Positions 34,392 through 44,322 of a stretch of DNA of 44,845 nt are shown here, in pieces (positions within the stretch are counted from its first letter, which is position 1; every line of letters begins with the position of its first letter). The position numbers and the translations under genes were made by a program. Source of the DNA: Candidatus Zixiibacteriota bacterium (GTDB lineage: Bacteria; Zixibacteria; MSB-5A5; GN15; FEB-12). The notes beneath the pieces are model-generated. The model did not search any database, was not told where the DNA came from, and saw nothing but the letters and a program-made list of their open reading frames with translations. Location of the stretch: NCBI GenBank assembly GCA_016926795.1, contig JAFGNW010000230.1:1-44845 (forward strand), written 5' to 3'.

Positions 34392-36077
34392 ATGAGTTAC
34401 CTGGTTTTTGCCCGGAAATACCGTCCGCAGCTATTCGAAGATGTTGTGGCGCAGGAACATGTCACCAGAACCCTGCGCAACGCCATCAGGAACAACCGGA
34501 CCGGTTCGGGTTATCTGTTCTGCGGCCCCCGGGGCACCGGCAAAACGACCGTGGCGCGACTTTTCGCCAAGGCTCTAAACTGTGTCAACGGCCCCACCGA
34601 AACGCCCTGCAACGTTTGCCCGGCCTGTCTGGAGATAACCGCCGGAACCTCGCTCGATGTCCTTGAAATCGACGCTGCCTCCAACACCGGGGTGGACGAT
34701 ATCCGGACCCTTCGGGAAAACGTCCGCTATATGCCAACCGGGGGCAAGAAGCGGATTTATATCATCGACGAGGTTCACCGGCTGTCCGGCTCGGCTTTTG
34801 ACGCTCTTTTGAAAACGCTCGAGGAACCGCCTTCCCATGTTATTTTTATTTTCGCCACCACCGAGCCGCTGAAAGTGCCCGACACCATATTATCGCGCAC
34901 CCAGCGGTTTGATTTCCGGCGGGTGTCGGTCGATGACCTGGCCGGTCATCTAAGGCACATCGCCGAAAATGAAGGGCTGACGGTTGATGACGCCGCTTTG
35001 ATTTTACTGGCCCGCAAAGCCGACGGTTCGGTACGCGACTCGCTGTCGCTGCTGGACCAGATTACCGCTTTCGCCGATGACAAAATCACCGTGGTCGAGG
35101 TCGTCAACGCTCTCGGGCTGGTGGACCGGCAATTTTTATTCGATTACGTAGCCGCGGTCGCCGGCTCCGACCGCCAGAAAGTGCTGAAAATGACCAAGAG
35201 CCTGTTCGACAGCGGTATCGATATCGGCGACTTTGTCGAGGAACTGCTGGAACATTTCCGGATACTGCTCATTTTAAGCTCCGGCTCGGATACCTCGGAC
35301 CTGTTGAACCTGGGCGCGGCGGAAATCGAGGAATACCGAACCCAGGAGGACTTTTTCAAGGCCGGGGACCTTCTGCGTCTGATGAAAATCACCGCCGATA
35401 TCATCGGCGATTTAAAAAGCGGCCTCGACGAACGGCTGGTGCTGGAAATCGCCGGCGTTAAAATGGCCGAGATGGAATCCACCGTCAAGCTGGCCGAGAT
35501 TTTAAAGCTGCTGCAGCAGGGTGTCTATCCAACGGCTCAACCCGCTCCCTCGGAGGAGTCCAAAACATCCGGTCCGCCGAGTTTTTTTAACAATGTTGAT
35601 AAGAATACGGCACCAACCCCGTCTGAAAAAGAAACCGCCCCGGCGGAACCCGAACCGCTTTACACCCGCTCGGTCAACCAGCCTCAGTTCGAGAAAGACT
35701 GGGATAACTTCATTGCCAAACTGCGGCGGCAGAGCCCCATGCTCGCCTCGCAACTGGGCATGGCGGAGTTGAAATCGGTCCGGGATAACGAAGTCAATCT
35801 GGTATTTTTCGCCTCGGGTGAGGCCTCGCTGCAACTGGTCAGAAAGCCGGACAATTTAAACTTGATATTGAAAATTTTAAAAGAACATTATAAAGCCAAT
35901 TTAAGTATAAATTTTACACTCGACCCGAAAAAAGAAAATCCGAAACTGGAGCAGGACGAGAGTAAAAAAAATTATAACCATATCGATAAAAAAAAACTGA
36001 TTGAGAACTCGCCGCGTTTGAGGAAATTACTGGATAAAGTCGATGGTGAGATTATCGGTGTAAAAAAAGCGAAATAA
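34392..36077 (+). CDS. dnaX: DNA polymerase III subunit gamma/tau
   Basis: MSYLVFARKYRPQ, GPRGTGKTT, Zn-binding LNC..PCNVCPAC, EIDAASNTGVDDIR, IIDEVH, LLKTLEEPP. Confidence 0.97.
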   Translation: MSYLVFARKYRPQLFEDVVAQEHVTRTLRNAIRNNRTGSGYLFCGPRGTGKTTVARLFAKALNCVNGPTETPCNVCPACLEITAGTSLDVLEIDAASNTGVDDIRTLRENVRYMPTGGKKRIYIIDEVHRLSGSAFDALLKTLEEPPSHVIFIFATTEPLKVPDTILSRTQRFDFRRVSVDDLAGHLRHIAENEGLTVDDAALILLARKADGSVRDSLSLLDQITAFADDKITVVEVVNALGLVDRQFLFDYVAAVAGSDRQKVLKMTKSLFDSGIDIGDFVEELLEHFRILLILSSGSDTSDLLNLGAAEIEEYRTQEDFFKAGDLLRLMKITADIIGDLKSGLDERLVLEIAGVKMAEMESTVKLAEILKLLQQGVYPTAQPAPSEESKTSGPPSFFNNVDKNTAPTPSEKETAPAEPEPLYTRSVNQPQFEKDWDNFIAKLRRQSPMLASQLGMAELKSVRDNEVNLVFFASGEASLQLVRKPDNLNLILKILKEHYKANLSINFTLDPKKENPKLEQDESKKNYNHIDKKKLIENSPRLRKLLDKVDGEIIGVKKAK

Positions 36078-36096
36078 TTATTTTAAGGAGTCTTAT

Positions 36097-36423
36097 ATGA
36101 GTAAAGGCGGCTTAGGCGATATGATGAAACAGGTCCAGAAGATGCAGGCCAAGATGGAAGAAATGCAGGCTGAACTGGAGAAACAGACGGTCGAAGCCTC
36201 CGCCGGCGGCGGCATGGTGAAAGTAGTGGCCAACGGCAAGAGCGATATCATATCGATAACCATCGACCCCGAAGTCGTGGACAAGGACGATATCGAGATG
36301 CTCCAGGATTTGATCGTGGCCGCGGTCAACCAGGCGCGGGAGAAAGCTCAGGAGCTGCAGTCTGAACAGATTTCCGGCCTGACCGGAGGGCTTAAAATTC
36401 CGGGATTGAATTTACCTTTCTAA
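36097..36423 (+). CDS. ybaB: YbaB/EbfC nucleoid-associated protein
   Basis: MMKQVQKMQ, AGGGMVKV, DDIEMLQDLIVAAVN. Lies between dnaX and recR. Confidence 0.95.
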   Translation: MSKGGLGDMMKQVQKMQAKMEEMQAELEKQTVEASAGGGMVKVVANGKSDIISITIDPEVVDKDDIEMLQDLIVAAVNQAREKAQELQSEQISGLTGGLKIPGLNLPF

Positions 36424-36447
36424 GCTGATTTATTCGAAGGATAGTTT

Positions 36448-37044
36448 ATGTTCAATTCTGCCGGTTCGGTGGAAAGACTTATCAATCAGCTGGCCCGGCT
36501 GCCCGGTATCGGCCGCAAAACAGCCGCCCGGCTGGCGTTTCATATTCTCAAATCGACCCGCGAGGAAGCTTTCGAGTTGGCCGAGACCATCCGCGAGGTC
36601 AAGGAGAAAGTGGGTTTTTGCTCGGTGTGTTTCAATATCTCCGAGGAAGACCCCTGCCGGATTTGTACCGACCCCAAGCGGGACCGGAACACTATCTGCA
36701 TTGTCGAGGATGCCTCCGACGCCGCCGCGTTCGATAAAGTTGAGGGGTTCAACGTTCTCTACCATGTTTTAGGCGGGCGGCTCTCGCCGCTCGATGGTAT
36801 CGGGCCCGATGATTTGAAAATCAGGGAACTGCTGGGGCGCCTGGACGACAACGTCAAGGAAATAATCATCGCCACCAATCCCAATGTCGAGGGGGAAGCC
36901 ACCGCCACTTACATCTCCCGCCTGCTCAAACCGATGGGTATTCGGGTCACCCGCATCGCCCGGGGGTTGCCGGTCGGCTCCGACCTGGAGTACGCCGATT
37001 CGGTCACCCTGTCGAAATCGCTCGAAGGAAGACAGGATATTTGA
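36448..37044 (+). CDS. recR: Recombination mediator RecR
   Basis: LPGIGRKTAARLAF, CSVCFN..PCRIC, YHVLGG.LSPLDGIGP, ATNPNVEGEAT, IARGLPVG.DLEYAD. Confidence 0.97.
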   Translation: MFNSAGSVERLINQLARLPGIGRKTAARLAFHILKSTREEAFELAETIREVKEKVGFCSVCFNISEEDPCRICTDPKRDRNTICIVEDASDAAAFDKVEGFNVLYHVLGGRLSPLDGIGPDDLKIRELLGRLDDNVKEIIIATNPNVEGEATATYISRLLKPMGIRVTRIARGLPVGSDLEYADSVTLSKSLEGRQDI

Positions 37045-37045
37045 G

Positions 37046-39100
37046 ATGACCGGGGAAAACAAACCGAATAACTTCACTTTTTATTTCCTGCTTTTTATCA
37101 TTGCTCTTTTTATCCTTGGGCGGTTTTTGGGCGGCACCCTTTTCGACAACCACTGGTCATTCAACCACTGGTCGTTCCAGCCGACATGGTACGCGATATT
37201 ATGGTTCGTCCTGCTGGCGGCGATATCTTTCCTCTTCTTAAAATACTCAGAGAAAATAGAGCGGTTTTTCGAAAACAGACGGACGATTACAATCGGTCTG
37301 CTGGCGCTTTTCATCCTGACCGTAATTTTGCATTTCGATTCTTTTCTGTACGGCGGCGGGAATGTACGCATTGCCCAAATCGGCCAGGCGGGAAAAATAC
37401 TGTACCCCTGGTACGAGTTCGGGACCATCGCCACAGTTTCGCTACTGTTCCATTTCTTCAACCTTTTCCCTTTTGACAGTATCCCGACCGCCCAGGCCAA
37501 TATCGCAGCGGTTATGGCCTGGCGAATGCTGGCTTATATTGCCACCGCTTTATCAATATTAGGGGCCGTCAAACTGGTCAAAGAAATCGCACCCAAAACC
37601 GCCGACCGATTTTACCTGTTTTTGATTTTATTTTTTGGCGGCCAGAGCCTGTTGTATTTCGGTTATATCGGCCCGGAGCCGGTTATTGTCGCCGCCTCTG
37701 TCTGGTTCGGCTGGGCGGCGGTTAAGCTCTCCCGGGATTTCACGTTCGGGAAACTGCTTCTACTCTGGTTGATTACCGCTCTCGCCGTGGTCGTGCACAT
37801 TACCTCGCTTTATATGCTGCCGGCTCTTTTATACCTGACGTTCTCGACTCCCTTTAAAAAAGGGATCAAAATCTACCTGCCGGTGACGATAGCTCTCATA
37901 AGTTTGTTCTTTCTTGTATTTATCGTTTATGACAAGATGGGTGATTCGCTCAGGTTTTCACAATACCTGCTTTTTCTTAAAGGACATCTGCCCTATTCCG
38001 ATTACGGCCTTTTTTCCGGCCGTCATCTCGGGGATATTTTGCAGCTTCTCTTTCTGGCGGTTCCTCTGGCAGCGGTTATGAAGGTCACCGCTTTTCTTCA
38101 GAAAGGCTGGCTCAGGAACAATCCCCCGGCCATGGCATTCTGGCTCATGGGTTTCGCCGGAGTGATTCTGGTGTTTATAGCCAATCCGACCAACAGCATC
38201 GTGCTCGATTTCCCCCGTTTCACAGCCTACCTGACGGCTTATTCGTTTCTCTTCGTGTTGCTACTGGTGAAGATGCATTATAAAGCTGCTCTATCGCGCC
38301 GCTTTACGGCGGTGCTGGCGGCGGCGGCACTGATGCTGCCCTTTTCCTATTTGCCGTCATATATTAAACTCGAGCAGGCCAAGCATTACCTGAATGATTA
38401 CATGGAGCGCCACGAGAATTTCTACCGGATGGGACTTATCGCTATCCGCGATGCCCATTTCTATCGGAAGGAATTCCGCAGCGCCGACTACTGGGAATGG
38501 CAGCTGCCGGTCAAATCCCTGGAATATTTGAATCTCAAAGGCACCCGCGACTTAATCCATGCCGGCCGCAACGACGAGGCTCTGAAGGTACTGTATCAGG
38601 CTGTTTCCCGCAATCCTTACTGGACCGAACCCCGTGAGATGATCGCCATCGTTCAGATGAATCTCGGCCGTTTGGAGCTGGCCAAACCCCAGATTGACAC
38701 CTGCCTTATGCTCGAGCCGAATAAAAAAGAATACCTGTCGAATCTTTACCGGTATTTCCGCGATTCCGGCAATCTCGTCCGGGCCAAAGAAACGGTTGAC
38801 CGGATGCTCAGCTTTTTTCCCGATGATCCGGAAGTTAAAACCGATTTAATGATTATCAGTTATCGCCTGGGCCGGATGAAAACAGCCGATTCGCTGGCCG
38901 ACCAACTCATGGAGTATGACCCCAACCTGCCTTTTCCTTATCTTATCAAGGGCTTCATCAGGGAAAAAAGCGATGACCTCAAAGCAACCGTGAGATTTTA
39001 TCAGAAGTTCATCGAGCTGGGTCCGATGGAAGTCGAGAAGCCGATGATAGAACAGAAGCTGGACAGCCTGCAGGCTGTAATCAAAGAAAAACAACTTTAA
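37046..39100 (+). CDS. Polytopic membrane protein (about 12-13 TMs) with C-terminal TPR region
   Basis: ATG 1 bp after the recR stop (MTGENKP..). Hydrophobic segments over about 440 aa, then TPR-like helices (EALKVLYQAVSRNP, A...D..L..EP, FYQKFIELGP). Confidence 0.8.
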   Translation: MTGENKPNNFTFYFLLFIIALFILGRFLGGTLFDNHWSFNHWSFQPTWYAILWFVLLAAISFLFLKYSEKIERFFENRRTITIGLLALFILTVILHFDSFLYGGGNVRIAQIGQAGKILYPWYEFGTIATVSLLFHFFNLFPFDSIPTAQANIAAVMAWRMLAYIATALSILGAVKLVKEIAPKTADRFYLFLILFFGGQSLLYFGYIGPEPVIVAASVWFGWAAVKLSRDFTFGKLLLLWLITALAVVVHITSLYMLPALLYLTFSTPFKKGIKIYLPVTIALISLFFLVFIVYDKMGDSLRFSQYLLFLKGHLPYSDYGLFSGRHLGDILQLLFLAVPLAAVMKVTAFLQKGWLRNNPPAMAFWLMGFAGVILVFIANPTNSIVLDFPRFTAYLTAYSFLFVLLLVKMHYKAALSRRFTAVLAAAALMLPFSYLPSYIKLEQAKHYLNDYMERHENFYRMGLIAIRDAHFYRKEFRSADYWEWQLPVKSLEYLNLKGTRDLIHAGRNDEALKVLYQAVSRNPYWTEPREMIAIVQMNLGRLELAKPQIDTCLMLEPNKKEYLSNLYRYFRDSGNLVRAKETVDRMLSFFPDDPEVKTDLMIISYRLGRMKTADSLADQLMEYDPNLPFPYLIKGFIREKSDDLKATVRFYQKFIELGPMEVEKPMIEQKLDSLQAVIKEKQL

Positions 39101-40497
39101 CGCCGGTACTCCAGGCGTGTCAGACCGTCGAGAGCAGCTACTTTGTATGCCTCCCCCAGAGTCGGGTAATTGAACACTGTATCGATGAAATAATCCAGCG
39201 TCCCGCCGAGCGTCATCACCGTCTGACCGATATGGATAAGCTCGGTGGCTCTCTCCCCGATAATATGGACGCCCTGGATGCGCTTGGATTTGGGGTCAAA
39301 GATGATTTTCAGCAGGCCGTCATGGTCGTTCATAATCTGCCCGCGCGCCGTCTCGAAATAGCGGGCGATACCGATTTCATACTCGATTCCGGCCGCGGCC
39401 AGCGATTCCTCGGTCTCGCCGACAATCGAAACCTCCGGAATAGTATAAATGCCGAACGGCAGAAGAGTATTCAGACAGGAGATATCGTCTTTTTTGAAAG
39501 CATGGATAGCGGCAATCCTGCCCTGGTCCATAGACACCGAAGCCAGCGAGGGGAACCCGATAACATCACCGACAGCATAGATATTGGGAACTTTCGTGCG
39601 GTACATATCATCGACTTTTATGAGGCCCCGGTTATCGGTCTCGATGCCCAGTTTGTTAAGTCCGAGATTTTCGGTGTTACCGCAGCGCCCGGCGGCGTAA
39701 AGCATACGGTCACCGATGACTTTCCGTCCGCTCCGGGTTTCCGTGGCAACCTGGTTGTCCTTGAGCCGGACCTCTTCCACGGCGTCCCCCAGAATCAAAG
39801 TCACCCCGTATTTGCGCATCAGGTAGGTCAGGGCGTCGGCAATTTCATGGTCCAGAAACGACAGTAACTTTTTGCGGTGGTCGATAATAGTCACCCGGAT
39901 ACCCAGGTGGGAGAAAATCGAGGCGTACTCGCAGCCGATAACACCACCGCCCACGATAGTCAGCGTCCGCGGGATAATATCCAGATCCAGAATCGTCTCG
40001 GCGTCGTAGATAAATTTATTGTCGAACTCGATATGGTCGGGATGGTAGGAGCGGGTACCGGTGGAAATGATGATAACTTTCCCCTTAAGGCTCAGTTCAC
40101 TGCCGTCGCTCTGTTTGACTTTGACGGTATGGCCATCCGCCAGGCGTCCGAAACCCTGCACGACCTCAATCCGGTAGCGAGCCATATTCTGCTGGATGAC
40201 ATCGAGCTCCTGCTGGATGACCTGTCCCTTGCGATACATCAACTCCCGAACGGTCAGGTCAGCCTTGACGCCGCCCATCAGACCGTACACCGAACGCTGG
40301 CGCAGCCCGGAGATAAACATGACCGTCTCGCGAAGGGTTTTGGAGGGAATTGTCCCGGTATGTATGCACACCCCGCCCTGGACCGAATGCCGTTCTATGA
40401 TAGCTGTGGTTTTGTGCAGTTTCGAAGCTTCAATCGCGGCCTTCTCGCCCGCCGGCCCGGAGCCGATTACGATTAAATCATATTCCTTGTAAGCCAA
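39097..40497 (-). CDS. sthA: Soluble Si-specific NAD(P)+ transhydrogenase
   Basis: IGSGPAGE, GGVCIHTGTIPSKTLRE (single Cys; Thr replaces the second), GGGVIGCEYAS, IYTIPE, FNYPTLGEAYKVAA. Confidence 0.92.
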   Translation of the reverse strand: MAYKEYDLIVIGSGPAGEKAAIEASKLHKTTAIIERHSVQGGVCIHTGTIPSKTLRETVMFISGLRQRSVYGLMGGVKADLTVRELMYRKGQVIQQELDVIQQNMARYRIEVVQGFGRLADGHTVKVKQSDGSELSLKGKVIIISTGTRSYHPDHIEFDNKFIYDAETILDLDIIPRTLTIVGGGVIGCEYASIFSHLGIRVTIIDHRKKLLSFLDHEIADALTYLMRKYGVTLILGDAVEEVRLKDNQVATETRSGRKVIGDRMLYAAGRCGNTENLGLNKLGIETDNRGLIKVDDMYRTKVPNIYAVGDVIGFPSLASVSMDQGRIAAIHAFKKDDISCLNTLLPFGIYTIPEVSIVGETEESLAAAGIEYEIGIARYFETARGQIMNDHDGLLKIIFDPKSKRIQGVHIIGERATELIHIGQTVMTLGGTLDYFIDTVFNYPTLGEAYKVAALDGLTRLEYRR

Positions 40498-40523
40498 TTT
40501 ACCCCCGTAAAAAATAAGTCCTT

Positions 40524-41576
40524 TTATTCGCCGGCAACTTTTTCCTCGTCCGCGACCGGACGGCGCAGTTTTTCCAGTTTGTATTCCAGGTTGCCCGTTT
40601 CACTTTTAGCTTTATCGAAACTCAACGACAGCGCCCTCAGGGAGCTCTCCATTCTTTCGTGCAGTCGCTTGAGGTTTGTCAGGATATCGGCCAGTTCGTT
40701 CAGCCCCGTCGCCAGAAGCCGCCCGCCGTCGGCCAGCCCGGCCCGGCTCAGATTAAGCGCCGCGTAAACCGAGGATACCGACGCCAGAAATCCGTACAGG
40801 TGGCCGGGGGAGCTGGGAATAACTTTTTTCGACAGGGCGTAATCGAAACCGCTGGTTTCGTCTTGCGAAACGAACTGATAATACACGGCCTCGGAGGGAA
40901 TGAACATTATCGCAAAATCGGTGGTGTTTTCATCCGGTTTCAGGTACTTACCGCAGATATCGTCGATATGCTTGCGGAAGGTCTGGGTGAACTCTTTCCG
41001 GGCGGTTTTGTCCTCGGGCGCGGCCAGTATTTTTTCATAAGATTCCAGAGGAAACTTGGCGTCCACCGGCAGGAGCTTATCGCCCAGTTTTATAACAGCG
41101 TCAACCCGCTGGCCACCGGCGAAGCGGTACTGGGTAGCGTAAAGCGCCCGGGGTAAAATCTGAGCCAGCAGGTTGTCAAGGAGAACCTCGCCAATGCTGC
41201 CGCGAATTTTGGGCGGCCGGAGAAGCTGCGACAGGGATTGAATATTTTTACCGATGGTCTCGATATTTTTGGTCTGCACTTCAAGCTGACCCAGCTTGTT
41301 CTCGATTTCCCCCACGAAGGCCATGCGTTCATCGAGAGTCCGGTTGCCCTCGGCCAGACGTTCGTTCAAAAGCCGATTGGCGTTGTCAATGGAGTCCCGC
41401 AGCGACAGGATGGATTCCGCCTGTCCGGTAATCAGCTCCGACTTGATAAGTTTCAGGACGGTTTCAAAATCGGGCGCGATCCCCTGCCGGCGGGACCGAT
41501 AGCCATTAATGAGCAGCCAGGTTAGCGCGACCAGGCAAGCCGCCAGGAGAATTATTATAACCGTCGTTCCGTTCAT
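40524..41576 (-). CDS. rmuC: DNA recombination protein RmuC family
   Basis: N-terminal TM, coiled coil, PKIRGSIGEVLL..LL, VDAVI..LPVDAKFPLE.Y, KYL.P..TTDFAIMFIPSEAVY. Confidence 0.9.
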   Translation of the reverse strand: MNGTTVIIILLAACLVALTWLLINGYRSRRQGIAPDFETVLKLIKSELITGQAESILSLRDSIDNANRLLNERLAEGNRTLDERMAFVGEIENKLGQLEVQTKNIETIGKNIQSLSQLLRPPKIRGSIGEVLLDNLLAQILPRALYATQYRFAGGQRVDAVIKLGDKLLPVDAKFPLESYEKILAAPEDKTARKEFTQTFRKHIDDICGKYLKPDENTTDFAIMFIPSEAVYYQFVSQDETSGFDYALSKKVIPSSPGHLYGFLASVSSVYAALNLSRAGLADGGRLLATGLNELADILTNLKRLHERMESSLRALSLSFDKAKSETGNLEYKLEKLRRPVADEEKVAGE

Positions 41577-41588
41577 ACCCGCTCAATT

Positions 41589-43169
41589 CTATAAGGGAAG
41601 GAATTTATAATCTTCGAAATCCGGCAATTTATCGCCGAGAGCTTCAGTTCTGAACTTTATGTTGATGCAATTGGCGATAGCGTCGTAATAACCTTCCAGG
41701 GGAGTAATACCCCAGATGAACTTGGCGACCAGTTCGTTGGTGCCGTAATCATAAAGGCCGGCCTCGTTGCGGTCAAACCGCACCGCATACCGGTAACCGT
41801 CGAACGGCTGACTGCCCTGGAACTGTTCTTCGAACAGCGGTGAGTTTTCCCCCTCGAGCCGCTTATCGCGTCCGAAAAACAGACTGCCCTGAAACAGGGT
41901 GTCTCCCCCTTGACCGGGGAACTCGAAAGCCAGCCATTGCTTATTTCTACTGATTTTAAAATTATCAACGGAAAGTACGATTTTGCCGTCATCGAGCCGA
42001 CCCGGCGCGGCCGCCTTGACAGCCTCGATTTTTTCATCAAGGTAATTTTCGAACTCTGTTTTCAAGGTTTGCCAGTCGACCAGACCGGTGAACTCGACGA
42101 TTTTATTTTGTATCTTGACCGGGGTCAAAGCCGCCAGATCCCGGTATTTCCCCGACAGGGCCAGATAAAGCTTGAAGTAATTGTCCTGACCCAGTTTATC
42201 CATAAGGTAGGAGGTAAAAACAGCCGCCACGGGGTAAGAGATATCGGCCCCGGAATTATTGCGGAAGCCCCTGAAAGTAAGGATGGAATCGATTTCGACG
42301 AACTTCTCGCGATAAATAAAGATACCCAGGTCGAAAAGGGCCGAAGGTTTCTTGCCCCAGCGGCCGCCGTAATAGACAGCCACGCCTTCCTGTACGACCG
42401 GCAGGGTGAAAAGAGGCAGGTTGCGCAGTTTGTAATTGACCAGAAAATGGGTCAGTTCGTGAAAATGGGGAAAGTTGGCTGAAATGATATCGTTGGAAGC
42501 CACGTCGAAAAGACCTTTGGTTTTCTGGGACGTAATTTCAGTAACGGTGCTGTCGTTGTCGCAATAAAAGAACTCAATCTTTTTCTCGGCAATTTTTTTG
42601 ACATCGTCCCTGGAAATATTCAATACTTTCGCCATCTCTTCTATGAAACCGTCGGCGGCTTCGAACAGCACCGGATTCAGGAATTTCTCGATATCGGGAT
42701 GATAGTGCACCCGGAAATATTTGGTTTCGGTAATCGGCCAGGTTTCGGCGCAATAATCCTGGGGATAAATCAGCCAGTAATAATCGCCCTGCTTCTTGAC
42801 GTAATAAAGATGCTGGACGGATTCTCCTCCTACTACCTGGGAGTATTCCAATTTGGCAAAAGCGCCGTGGTCGAGCAGTTCATATTTCTTGACCGGCTGG
42901 TACATGTAATCGCGGAAGAGTTGCAAATCCTGAACGACCGGTGAGGCGCAGTCCACCCTCACGGGGATATCCCGGTATTCGATGCCGAACCGGTCGGCTC
43001 GTTCCTGTGCATCCGGCAGCCACATCATAGCGGCGGTTTCGAAATTCCCGGACTCCAGCATATCGAAATATTCGGTTATGACCGGGACGGGGTCATCGGC
43101 CCGGGCAGTTAAAGACGACACCGAAATAAAAATCAGCACCAGCGTTGAGATTATATTTTTAGATTTCAT
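41589..43169 (-). CDS. Secreted hypothetical protein with gluzincin-like zinc motif
   Basis: Signal peptide ..ARA/D. ETKYFRVHY, HFHELTHF followed about 15 aa later by QEGVAVYY. AGGAG RBS; start at GTG 43178 or ATG 43169. Confidence 0.7.
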   Translation of the reverse strand: MKSKNIISTLVLIFISVSSLTARADDPVPVITEYFDMLESGNFETAAMMWLPDAQERADRFGIEYRDIPVRVDCASPVVQDLQLFRDYMYQPVKKYELLDHGAFAKLEYSQVVGGESVQHLYYVKKQGDYYWLIYPQDYCAETWPITETKYFRVHYHPDIEKFLNPVLFEAADGFIEEMAKVLNISRDDVKKIAEKKIEFFYCDNDSTVTEITSQKTKGLFDVASNDIISANFPHFHELTHFLVNYKLRNLPLFTLPVVQEGVAVYYGGRWGKKPSALFDLGIFIYREKFVEIDSILTFRGFRNNSGADISYPVAAVFTSYLMDKLGQDNYFKLYLALSGKYRDLAALTPVKIQNKIVEFTGLVDWQTLKTEFENYLDEKIEAVKAAAPGRLDDGKIVLSVDNFKISRNKQWLAFEFPGQGGDTLFQGSLFFGRDKRLEGENSPLFEEQFQGSQPFDGYRYAVRFDRNEAGLYDYGTNELVAKFIWGITPLEGYYDAIANCINIKFRTEALGDKLPDFEDYKFLPL

Positions 43170-43251
43170 ATACAGCACGACGGTCTTACTCCTTTTTATA
43201 ATGGTAATGTTATAAGGTACATAATTTTACCATTCTTGTCCAGAACCGACC

Positions 43252-43282
43252 AAAAAAAAACCCCGAAACCGGGGTTTTTTTT
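43252..43282. terminator. Bidirectional-type intrinsic terminator after the second PorV-like gene
   Basis: A9-CCCCG-AAAC-CGGGG-T8. Confidence 0.8.
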
Positions 43283-43296
43283 GTTTTGCTCAAGCG

Positions 43297-44310
43297 TTAA
43301 AAAGTAAATCCGACCGAAAACTTGTGGGTCTGTTCCAGGCGGCCGAAATCCTGCCAGGCGTAATCGATGAACAGCCGGGTGTCGCTGGAAATCGGTGTGA
43401 TCAGGCCACCGCCCAGAGACAGGGTTTCCTCGTCATAGTTCAACTTGTACCCGCCCCGGAGGAAAAACTTCTCGTCGTAAGCATATTGAGCACCCAGGTT
43501 GCCCTGCTGGATATTGTCGTTGGGATGTCTCAAATCGGCACAAACCGTAATCAGCGACTTAGGTCCGAAGGCGAAGTCATAGGCAATCCCGACTTTGAAA
43601 ACCATCGGCAAATCATAAGGCGTGGTTTTCAACTGAGAGCTGACCAGATTGTTGTTACCGACCCCGGTCGAGATTTCGTCTTCCGTCGGGTCATAGCGGA
43701 CGTCCAGGTCGGTCCCGGTGAATTTCATTTCCGGTCCCATGTTGCTTATGCTCATGCCCAGCCGCAGCGACCGGAAACCGGTATAGAGCAGGGTCCCGAA
43801 ATCGAAAGCGTAACCCCGGGCTCGTTCGTTATGGATTCTTTCCTCGACATACTTGACCGTGGCGCCGAACGCGAACCGGTCGGTCAGCTGACGGGCGTAG
43901 GTGACCCCGACAGCGTAAGAGGCCGCCGAGTAATAACTGCCGGTTCCATCCTCTTCAGTGAAAGTGGTAATTTCCTGGTCATCCATAGAGAGGATAGCGG
44001 CCGAGATACCGAAGACGCCGACGTCTTCGAAATACTTGGCCGCGGCGACATAGTTAAGGTCGATATCCAGGAGCCAGTTGACGTTGGTGAAGCCCACCGC
44101 CATGTTTTCCACCTCGACCAGACCGGCCGGATTCCAGTACATGGCATATACATCGTTGACGGAAGCCACCGAGGCTTCCCCCATGCCCTGGTATTTTGAC
44201 CCGACACCTATTTTGAGAAACTGGGCGCCTGCCGAACCCGTTTTGGACAATTCGGCGGAGGCGGTACCAGCCAGGCTCAGGACGAGCAAAAGTACAAAAA
44301 ACTTTTTCAC
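43297..44310 (-). CDS. PorV/PorQ-family outer-membrane beta-barrel (paralog of 2337-3326)
   Basis: AAGGAGG RBS and GTG start, signal peptide. KTGSAGAQFLKIGVGSKYQGMGEA..YWNPAGL, TGFRSLRLGMSISNMGP, C-terminal HKFSVGFTF. Confidence 0.87.
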   Translation of the reverse strand: MKKFFVLLLVLSLAGTASAELSKTGSAGAQFLKIGVGSKYQGMGEASVASVNDVYAMYWNPAGLVEVENMAVGFTNVNWLLDIDLNYVAAAKYFEDVGVFGISAAILSMDDQEITTFTEEDGTGSYYSAASYAVGVTYARQLTDRFAFGATVKYVEERIHNERARGYAFDFGTLLYTGFRSLRLGMSISNMGPEMKFTGTDLDVRYDPTEDEISTGVGNNNLVSSQLKTTPYDLPMVFKVGIAYDFAFGPKSLITVCADLRHPNDNIQQGNLGAQYAYDEKFFLRGGYKLNYDEETLSLGGGLITPISSDTRLFIDYAWQDFGRLEQTHKFSVGFTF

Positions 44311-44322
44311 GATTCGCCTCCT

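Noticed and set aside
35928-35996. A-rich runs (AAAAAAG, A9) in dnaX as frameshift sites
   Set aside because: Within the last ~50 codons and not in A_AAA_AAG phase; would not yield a gamma-sized product.
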